Below, one piece after another: positions 57,040 to 64,000 of a stretch of 64,000 nucleotides of DNA. The notes under the pieces were generated by a model. That model had not been told where the DNA came from. It made no database searches and saw only the letters and a program-made list of their open reading frames with translations. Numbering within the stretch: the stretch's first letter is position 1; every line of letters begins with the position of its first letter. Source of the DNA: Thermoplasmatota archaeon (GTDB lineage Archaea > Thermoplasmatota > Thermoplasmata > UBA10834); NCBI GenBank assembly GCA_040751795.1, contig JBFMHR010000004.1, positions 192,001-256,000 of the forward strand, read 5' to 3'. A program made the translations under genes and the position numbers.

Positions 57040-58200
57040 GTGAAGGCCGAAGTCCTCGTCATAGGCGCTGGCCCGGCGGGCTCGACCGCCGCGGCGGGGC
57101 TGGCGAGGGACCACGAGGTGGTCCTGCTCGAGGAGCACCCCCGGCCCGGTTCGCCGGTCCAGTGCGCGGGCCTGGTCACGCCGAGGGGCGTCCCCCAGTT
57201 CGCCCACGGGACGATCCTCGGGAGGGTCGAGGGAGCGAGGATACACTCCCCTCTGGGCTACACCCTCGAGCTCAGGGCGAGGGCCCCGCGCGCCTACGTC
57301 ATAGACCGCGCGCTCTTCGACATGGCCCTCTTCCAGAGGGCGGTTGACAGGGGAGCGACGGCCGTCTCGGGGGCGAAGGTCGTCTCCGTCCACCACGGCG
57401 ACAGGGGGGTCGAGGCCCAGGTCGACTCGGGGACGGGGCGCACGCGCGTCTCGTGCCAGGTCGCGGTCGGGTGCGACGGGTACCGGTCCGAGACCAGGAG
57501 GGCGGCCGGGCTCGCGCCCGCGAAGCACATGCTCACCGGCATCCAGGCGGACGTCGCCGGGGCGGAGCTCGACCCGGACTACGTCGAGCTGTACCTCGGG
57601 GAGAAGGTCGCCCCGGGCTTCTTCGCGTGGGCGATACCCGCGGGAGACACCGCGAGGGTCGGCCTCTGCACGTGGAGGGGGGCCCATGCGCCCGCCGTCT
57701 ACCTGAGGAAGCTGCTGGAGCGGCCCGAGTTCTCCAGGGCCAGGAAGGTCTCGTCCTCGTCCGGGAAGATCCCGGTGGGCGCGGGCGGGACGGCCCGCTC
57801 GGGGAGGATACTCCTGGCGGGGGACGCCGCGTGCCACGCGAAGCCCCTCTCGGGCGGCGGCGTGTACACGGGCATCAAGGGGGCCGAGCTCTGCGCGGAG
57901 TGCGCCCACGGCTTCCTCGCCACCGGGGAGGGGGCCGCGCTCGCGAGGTACGACCCGCTCTGGAAGGAGGCCTTCGGGAAGGAGCTGGCCAAGGCCTTCA
58001 GGCTGAGGAGGGTCTTCGTGTCCCTCAGCGACAGGAAGATGGACAAGGCCCTCAGGATATTCGGCGAACCGTCCCTCATCCACCTCGTCCAGGAGAGGGG
58101 GGACATCGACTACCCGGCGTCACTTTCGCCGCAGGTCCTTAAGCTTGCCCCTAAGCTCGCTCAGTTCTCCCCTCAGCTTGTAGAGTCTCTTCTCAAGTGA
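57040..58200 (+). CDS. Geranylgeranyl reductase family FAD oxidoreductase
   Basis: GAGPAG, PVQCAG, FFAWAIP, GDAA...PLSGGG. Confidence 0.9.
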   Translation: MKAEVLVIGAGPAGSTAAAGLARDHEVVLLEEHPRPGSPVQCAGLVTPRGVPQFAHGTILGRVEGARIHSPLGYTLELRARAPRAYVIDRALFDMALFQRAVDRGATAVSGAKVVSVHHGDRGVEAQVDSGTGRTRVSCQVAVGCDGYRSETRRAAGLAPAKHMLTGIQADVAGAELDPDYVELYLGEKVAPGFFAWAIPAGDTARVGLCTWRGAHAPAVYLRKLLERPEFSRARKVSSSSGKIPVGAGGTARSGRILLAGDAACHAKPLSGGGVYTGIKGAELCAECAHGFLATGEGAALARYDPLWKEAFGKELAKAFRLRRVFVSLSDRKMDKALRIFGEPSLIHLVQERGDIDYPASLSPQVLKLAPKLAQFSPQLVESLLK

Positions 58201-58932
58201 CGGGTACCTCCCCGGGTTGTCCAGGACGAAGTAGTAGAGGGCCATGAACGCCGAGAGGCAGCAGCCCCCGATCAGCACGCCGAGGGGCCACCTGGGTATG
58301 GGTATCTTGATCCCGAACGAGGAGTCGGGGATCAGCCCGTCGACCCCGAGGGAGTGCATGTAGGTCAGGTTCACGATGCTCTCCGTCGGGTCGAAGGAGA
58401 CCATCGTGTCCCACTCCTCCTCGGTGAAGAACCCGCGCGACTGGAGCAGCACGCGCGTGTCGTTGCCCTCGAAGTTGAACGCCAGCCTGAGGCGCACGAA
58501 GTAGGTGCTCTGGGAGAAGTAGGACCCGTGGGGCGTGTCGTCGTCCGTGGATATGGTCAGGTCCACCCTGACTGTCTCGTTGAGCTGGAGGGCGTCGAAG
58601 AGGAGGTCGGTCTCCGGCAGGCCGTTCTCGAACGCCGGCGGGTCGTCGAACTCGGCGTCGACGTCCCTTACCTCCTCCTGCGTCGCGTACCTGTAGATGC
58701 CGACGGTGAGGTTCAGGTCCACCATGGTGCACACAGGGTCGTCGTACGGGTTGGTCATGTTGAATCCGAACACGAGCGTGTCGCCGGGCCTTATCGTCGG
58801 CGTCACGAACCCGGAGAAGATGTTGTTTGCGTAGTGCGGACCCCCCGGCTCGTCTATGTCCGCGCTGGCGGCGCCCGACGCGAGGAGGACGAATGTGACG
58901 GCGACGGCGTATGCCCAGGGGGTGTGCCTCAT
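58120..58932 (-). CDS. Hypothetical exported protein with C-terminal membrane anchor
   Basis: Signal peptide, acidic beta-rich body, C-terminal TM helix and basic tail. Confidence 0.75.
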   Translation of the reverse strand: MRHTPWAYAVAVTFVLLASGAASADIDEPGGPHYANNIFSGFVTPTIRPGDTLVFGFNMTNPYDDPVCTMVDLNLTVGIYRYATQEEVRDVDAEFDDPPAFENGLPETDLLFDALQLNETVRVDLTISTDDDTPHGSYFSQSTYFVRLRLAFNFEGNDTRVLLQSRGFFTEEEWDTMVSFDPTESIVNLTYMHSLGVDGLIPDSSFGIKIPIPRWPLGVLIGGCCLSAFMALYYFVLDNPGRYPSLEKRLYKLRGELSELRGKLKDLRRK

Positions 58933-59021
58933 CCTCTGCTCCGAAGCCCCAATCCGACTATATCACTTTCGGTCTCCGCCCGCCTGAAAGAGTTATTACC
59001 GCCCCGTGCGTTGGGTCGTCC

Positions 59022-60050
59022 GTGCTAGGAGTGAAGGTCCCCAGGGCGCTGGCGGAGGAGCTCAGGCTGTCCATCGCCAGGAAGGGCATCGTGGACAAGA
59101 CCCTCGCCATACTCGACGAAGGCGACTCCGTCCTCATCCCCGTCCACAGCGCCCCGGCGGCGGACATCATGGGGAGGTACCACGCGAGCCTCGTCGAGAG
59201 GGACTTCCCATCCAGGAGGACCAGGGTGGACCCTATCGACCAGGTGAGGGCCAGGGCCGAGGTCCCGGAGGAGCTCAAGCTCCTCCTCCCGGAGAAGTGG
59301 GAGCAGCTAGGGGACGTCGTCACTCTCAGGCTCCCCAAGGAGCTCGGGTCGTTCGAGGGCGCGATCGGCGAGGCCTACGCGGGGGTCCTGAAGGCGAAGA
59401 CGGTCCTGAGGGATGTGGGCGGGATAGCGGGCAGCTACAGGACGCCGGTCGTGAGGTTCATCTTCGGGACCGACCCGGTCTCGGTGCACAGGGAGAACGG
59501 GGTGCTCTACAGGCTGGACGCGTCGAAGGTGATGTTCTCCTCCGGCAACGTCGACGAGAGGGCCAGGATGGCGACGGTCGCCTGCGACGGCGAGACCGTC
59601 GTGGACATGTTCGCGGGCATCGGGTACTTCACCCTCCCGCTGGCCGTCCACCAGAGGCCGCGGCGGATCATCGCGTGCGAGCTGAACGGGGTCGCACACG
59701 GGTACCTGGTGGAGAACATCGCGTTGAACAAGGTCGGGGGGAGGGTGGAGCCGATCCTCGGCGACAACAGGGACCTCCCGGGGGAGGGCTTCGCGGACAG
59801 GGTCATAATGGGATACGTGAAGACGACCCACGAGTTCCTCCACACCGCCTTCCGCCTCTTGAAGAGCGGCGGGGTCATCCACTACCACGAGACATGCCCC
59901 AACGACCTTCTGCCGGGGCGACCCACCCAGAGGCTGAGGGACGCCGCGAGGGGCGGGAGGGTGGAGGTGCTGAGGTTCAAGGAGGTCAAGTCCTACTCGC
60001 CAGGGGTGAGCCACGTTGTCGTAGACGCGAGGTTCACGAGGACCTCTTGA
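59022..60050 (+). CDS. Trm5/Tyw2-family tRNA modification transferase (Taw2-like)
   Basis: 'HRENG', 'KVMFSSGN', DMFAGIGYF, 'DRVIMGY', 'HYHE'; start approximate. Confidence 0.88.
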   Translation: MLGVKVPRALAEELRLSIARKGIVDKTLAILDEGDSVLIPVHSAPAADIMGRYHASLVERDFPSRRTRVDPIDQVRARAEVPEELKLLLPEKWEQLGDVVTLRLPKELGSFEGAIGEAYAGVLKAKTVLRDVGGIAGSYRTPVVRFIFGTDPVSVHRENGVLYRLDASKVMFSSGNVDERARMATVACDGETVVDMFAGIGYFTLPLAVHQRPRRIIACELNGVAHGYLVENIALNKVGGRVEPILGDNRDLPGEGFADRVIMGYVKTTHEFLHTAFRLLKSGGVIHYHETCPNDLLPGRPTQRLRDAARGGRVEVLRFKEVKSYSPGVSHVVVDARFTRTS

Positions 60051-61596
60051 TCTCCTCGGTGCTCCCGGCCTCCTTCATGAAGGCGACGAAGGCCGCATGG
60101 TGCGACTCAGCGTCCTGGCTCTCCAGGAGGCGTTTGGCCGCTCCGGCCAGGTGCCCCCCGAACTCCTGCTCCTCGCTGGTGTACTTCCAGGACTTGGTCG
60201 AGATGCCCATCGAGAGGTAGAACGCGTGGGCTATCGATCTCGTCCTGTGGTCGTTGGAGGTGTCGGCGTCGAGCAGCGCGTTGGCGCCGGACGAGCCGCG
60301 GGTCTTGTAGGCCCTCGTCACATCGTCGACGAACCTGGCGTGCTGCGAGAGCCCCGAGTAGGAGGGCATCCGAGACGTCACCTCGGCGTGTGCGGCCTTC
60401 TTGACCGCCAGCCTGACCACCTTCAGGGGGGACTGGGCGGACTCGTCGTCGTCCTTGAAGTGCGCCTCCGCGGCCTCGCCGGACACGACGCCCTTCAGCG
60501 CGGCCAGGCCGTGTTCGGACCAGAACCTCGACATGATGCTGTTGACGGTGTCCTTGGGGTCGGCGACCACCGGATGGCCTATGTCGGCGAGCATGGCCGA
60601 GAGCGCGGCGGACTCGACCGGGTCCTCCGTCATCTCCCTGATGAAGGCCGCCCGGTCGTCCCCGAACGACCTGTCACCGCGGACGTACGCGGGGCCGTCC
60701 TCAGCCTCGACCTTGGCGTGGACCTGCTCGAAGTGCCTGTCGATCAACTCCCTGTCCCCGAACTGGCCGGAGGCGTACTTCTCGAGGAGGGCATGCTCCA
60801 CCGGCATGCTCAGGAGGCCCCTGAGGTCCTTTCTCCCTGCGACGGCGGTCAGCGGCCTCTCGACCGTCACGTCGACCTCGTCCAGGATGCTCGGGACCGC
60901 CATCCCCTCAGCGAGCTTGGTGAGGCTGTTCCCGTTCTTGGCCCCGCACTGCGGGCAGACGGAGACCCTCGAGTCGGTGTTGACGAAGGCGAACTCGATC
61001 CTCTCCGCCGAGGGGGACGCGTGAGGGCAGCTGTAGCCGCCGTCGTCCTTCCGCGTCGCGCCCACGGCGTCCGCCGCCTTCGCGATGTACCCCTCCGGGG
61101 GCTTCGGCTCCCTCCCGGTGCAGACGAACTCGTCGCCGTAGGAGTAGAAGTGCAGGCCCTTCTTCTTCACGAGGTCCAGCACGCCCAGGACGCGCCACTT
61201 CGGGGAGTCGTAGTTCTGGACGCCTATGAGCTTCTCCTTGCTGGTCCTGCCCCTGAGCGCGAACATCACGGTCCCGCCGGGGTACTTCGCCGAGGCCAGG
61301 TACGGGGCCTTCTCCTCGTGGACCAGGCCGATGGTGGCCGCGTAGGCGCGGGCGAGCCTGTCCCCCCTCTTGGCGAACTTGGCCAGCTTGGCGGGGTCGT
61401 CCTTGTACCTGGCGATCTTCTCCAGGCGCGCGCGCGTCTTCTTGAAGGGGCAGGACCCGCACTCGGCCGCGCACTCGGGGAGTATGAGCCCGGGGTCATC
61501 CATGAGCGCCCTCGCCTTCTCCATCAGGTCCTTCTCCCTGACCTTGGAGGCGATCCTCGCGTTGACCCTGATCCTCATGTTCTTCCTGCGCGGCAT
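60034..61596 (-). CDS. Hypothetical protein with several Cys motifs
   Basis: 520-aa ORF, strong codon bias; C-x3-C-x2-C, CPH, CPQC. Confidence 0.75.
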   Translation of the reverse strand: MPRRKNMRIRVNARIASKVREKDLMEKARALMDDPGLILPECAAECGSCPFKKTRARLEKIARYKDDPAKLAKFAKRGDRLARAYAATIGLVHEEKAPYLASAKYPGGTVMFALRGRTSKEKLIGVQNYDSPKWRVLGVLDLVKKKGLHFYSYGDEFVCTGREPKPPEGYIAKAADAVGATRKDDGGYSCPHASPSAERIEFAFVNTDSRVSVCPQCGAKNGNSLTKLAEGMAVPSILDEVDVTVERPLTAVAGRKDLRGLLSMPVEHALLEKYASGQFGDRELIDRHFEQVHAKVEAEDGPAYVRGDRSFGDDRAAFIREMTEDPVESAALSAMLADIGHPVVADPKDTVNSIMSRFWSEHGLAALKGVVSGEAAEAHFKDDDESAQSPLKVVRLAVKKAAHAEVTSRMPSYSGLSQHARFVDDVTRAYKTRGSSGANALLDADTSNDHRTRSIAHAFYLSMGISTKSWKYTSEEQEFGGHLAGAAKRLLESQDAESHHAAFVAFMKEAGSTEEIKRSS

Positions 61597-61730
61597 GTCC
61601 GAGTCCCTCCGACATAACGGCCCATGGTACTAGTCTTTTGCGGAGGCGGTCCAGGTCACAGGCCAGTCTCCGCAAAAGCTTATTAGCAGCACTGGACCAT
61701 AAGGAAGGTAGCGGGATGCGGATGGTCTAG

Positions 61731-62456
61731 ATGTCGCAGGAGGAGGACTTCGCCAAGGGCTTCATCAAGGGCTTCGAGGAGGGCCTCAAGGACGCTTGGG
61801 AGGAGATCATCAAGCTGTCCATGAAGGGCTACACCTCGAGGGAGCTCCAGATCATGGCGAAGACCAAGAAGTCCATGCTCTTCCAGAGGGTCCAGCAGAG
61901 GACCGACGAGCTCGAGAGGGCCCTCGGCAGGAAGATCCAGGCCCCCGAGGCCGCCGCGAAGCCCGCCCCCGCCCAGGCGGAGATGAGGCCCGGGTGGAGC
62001 TACGTCATCAAGGAGGAGAGGCCCGAGAGGAGCTTCTCCATGTTCTCGGCCCTGGTCGGGGGCGGCGCCCGCGGCCTCTGCATATCCAGGACGCACCCCG
62101 ACATGCTGAAGCAGAAGTACGGGTTCGAGGCGGAGACGATCTGGCTCACGAAGACGGAGAGCGCCCAGGTCTCGTCGGGCAGGAAGGGCGCGGAGTTCGT
62201 GTCGCCCAACAACCTTGCGCACCTCGCGTCCGCCGTCCGCGAGTTCCTCTCGAAGGGGGAGAACGGCGCGGTGGTCATCGAGGGCCTCGAGTACCTCACC
62301 ACCCAGAACGATTTCAAGAGCGTCCTGAGGTTCGTGCAGCTCATCAACGAGCAGGTGGTCCTGGACAAGGGCTATCTCATCATCCCCGTCGACGAGGGGA
62401 CGATGGACCCGAAGGACTTCTCCCTCGTAGAGAGGGAGATGAGCCAGGTGCTCTGA
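61731..62456 (+). CDS. DUF835-domain protein
   Basis: 'GLCISRTHP', 'IWLT', 'VVIEGLEYL..NDF'. Confidence 0.85.
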   Translation: MSQEEDFAKGFIKGFEEGLKDAWEEIIKLSMKGYTSRELQIMAKTKKSMLFQRVQQRTDELERALGRKIQAPEAAAKPAPAQAEMRPGWSYVIKEERPERSFSMFSALVGGGARGLCISRTHPDMLKQKYGFEAETIWLTKTESAQVSSGRKGAEFVSPNNLAHLASAVREFLSKGENGAVVIEGLEYLTTQNDFKSVLRFVQLINEQVVLDKGYLIIPVDEGTMDPKDFSLVEREMSQVL

Positions 62457-62472
62457 GGAAGGAGAGATATTG

Positions 62473-62490
62473 AGGGGGGTTCTCCCCCCT
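62473..62490. terminator. GC hairpin between convergent genes
   Basis: AGGGGGG-TTCT-CCCCCCT. Confidence 0.5.
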
Positions 62491-62497
62491 GGAAGCC

Positions 62498-63811
62498 TCA
62501 GCCTCCCATTATCGCCTTGACGTCGGCTTTCGGGTCCCCGATCAGCCTGATGCCGTAGCCCTCGGTGAGCACCTTGACCACGTCCTCGTTCGCCCATGCG
62601 GGCAGGACGGGGCCCAGGTACATCCCCTTCAGGCCGAGCGCGAGAAGGCTCCATAGGATCGAGACCGCCTTCTGCTCCATCCAGCTCAGCACCAGCGTCA
62701 GGGGCAGCTCGGTCACCTCGACCCCGAACATGTCGGCGAGGGCCGACGCCACCTCGACCGCGACGATCGCGTCGTTGCACTGGCCCAGGTCGATCAGCCT
62801 CGGGACGCCGTCGATCGTCCCCAGGTCCATGTGGTTGAACCTGAACTTGCCGCACGCGAGGGTCAGGACCACGGCGTCGCCCGGGAGCGACCTCACCAGG
62901 TCCGCGTAGTACTGGTTCCTCTTGGTCGGCGAGTCGCAGCCGCCCACCAGGACGAACCTCCGGATCTTCCCCGCCTCGACTAGCTCCTTTATCTTCGGGG
63001 CGGCCGCCAGCAGGACGCCCTTGGAGAACCCGGTGGTCAGCTCATGGTCGCCGGGCGCATCCGGGAGGGGAGGTAGCTCCTTCGCCTTCCTTATTACAGC
63101 GGAATAGTCGTGGCCGTCGATGTGCTTCACGCCAGGGAGCCGGACCACGCCCGTCGTGAACATCCTGTCCCTGTAGCCGTCCCTCGGGAGCAGGGCGCAG
63201 TTGGAGGTCGCGAGGACCGCCGCCGAGTGCTCCTGGAAGAGGTCCTTCTGGTCGTGCCAGGCCCCGCCGAGGTTCCCCACGAGGTGCGGGTACCTCTTGA
63301 GCTTCGGGTAGCCGTGCGCCGGCAGCATCTCCGAGTGCGTGTACACGTTGACCCCGGTCCCCTCGGTCTGCTTCAGGAGCTCATCGAGGGCCTTGAGGTC
63401 GTGGCCCGTGACGATGATGCCGGGGCCGGCCACGGTCCCGGTCCTCACCCTGGTGGGCTCCGGCTCGCCGTAGGTCTCGATGTGTGCCTTCTTCAGGAGC
63501 CGCATCGCCCCGATGTTGGCCATCCCGGACTCCAGCCCGAGGTCGATGAGCGACTTCGCGTCGAAGTTCACGTTGGTGAGGGTCGTGTAGAGGCTCCTCT
63601 CCACGAACGCGTCCAGCTTTCCGTCCGTGTACCCGAGCCCCCTCGCGTGGTACAGGTACGCCGAGATCCCCTTCAGGGAGTAGATCAGGTTGTCCTGCAT
63701 CCTCGCCGTGGTGGCGTCCTTCCCGCACGCTCCAGTGGTTGTGCAACCCGTGCCGCCGACCGTCTGGGAGCACTGGTTGCAGAACATCTTCGTCCCCTTC
63801 GCTTCCGTCAT
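62498..63811 (-). CDS. hcp: Hybrid-cluster protein (hydroxylamine reductase), short class III type
   Basis: MFCNQCSQ..C....[37 protein letters not shown]; 437 aa. Confidence 0.95.
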   Translation of the reverse strand: MTEAKGTKMFCNQCSQTVGGTGCTTTGACGKDATTARMQDNLIYSLKGISAYLYHARGLGYTDGKLDAFVERSLYTTLTNVNFDAKSLIDLGLESGMANIGAMRLLKKAHIETYGEPEPTRVRTGTVAGPGIIVTGHDLKALDELLKQTEGTGVNVYTHSEMLPAHGYPKLKRYPHLVGNLGGAWHDQKDLFQEHSAAVLATSNCALLPRDGYRDRMFTTGVVRLPGVKHIDGHDYSAVIRKAKELPPLPDAPGDHELTTGFSKGVLLAAAPKIKELVEAGKIRRFVLVGGCDSPTKRNQYYADLVRSLPGDAVVLTLACGKFRFNHMDLGTIDGVPRLIDLGQCNDAIVAVEVASALADMFGVEVTELPLTLVLSWMEQKAVSILWSLLALGLKGMYLGPVLPAWANEDVVKVLTEGYGIRLIGDPKADVKAIMGG

Positions 63812-64000
63812 CCATTCACCTTGGTCCGAACTCGCAGTGCCTCGGCGCCTGGGTGCCGCCCCCGCGCCTGGGCCCGCGGCTCGGAGAGCGGAGGACCTTT
63901 ATATCCCGGTCGCCTAACCGCGCCGGGCCTCCCCGCAGGGCGGGCCGCCCTTCTGTCCGGCCCTCCTGTACGAGCCCCCGGGCACGGTTATCTCGAACCT

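Noticed and set aside
1-64000. Many long overlapping or antisense ORFs in the six-frame track (e.g. 20836-23049, 30399-32684, 33869-35839, 54515-56383)
   Set aside because: R/P/G-rich shadow frames expected at high GC; each overlaps a gene with recognisable motifs
1-64000. CRISPR array, integrase, transposase or provirus next to the tRNA genes
   Set aside because: No spaced repeats, recombinase motifs or duplicated tRNA 3' ends seen; the flanking genes have host-like codon usage

Overview
High-GC (roughly two-thirds G+C) archaeal chromosomal segment. It most likely comes from a Thermoplasmatota lineage (inference from the stand-alone 5S rRNA, the transketolase/transaldolase/purN cluster, DUF835 proteins and surface proteins with a roadblock/longin-like tail). 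It is mostly housekeeping: metG, pelota, arcS, pyrBI, ipk-fni-GGPP synthase, radB, bud32-rdgB, rpl44e-rps27e-aIF2a-nop10-PAC2, tfs-PCNA, geranylgeranyl reductase, hcp, tRNA-Pro and an intron-containing tRNA-Tyr. No CRISPR array, integrase or transposase was seen. The most notable observations: (1) a 5S rRNA gene carrying a ~94-nt highly structured insertion in the 3' strand of helix V; (2) an alpha-2-macroglobulin/thioester protein (GCGEQ) with a transmembrane hairpin where the bait region lies, flanked by an 18-bp perfect palindrome and a membrane-bound wHTH protein; (3) an rdgB gene with no canonical start that joins bud32 in the -1 frame right after CGA-AAG (candidate programmed frameshift or ATA start); (4) a 28-aa small ORF missing from the ORF track, with its own TATA box, SD and hairpin; (5) an FG-GAP/PKD receptor-like protein with a low-GC in-frame patch; (6) a TusA/DsrEFH sulfur-relay cluster. 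All functional calls come from motif recognition by eye; no database search was run.
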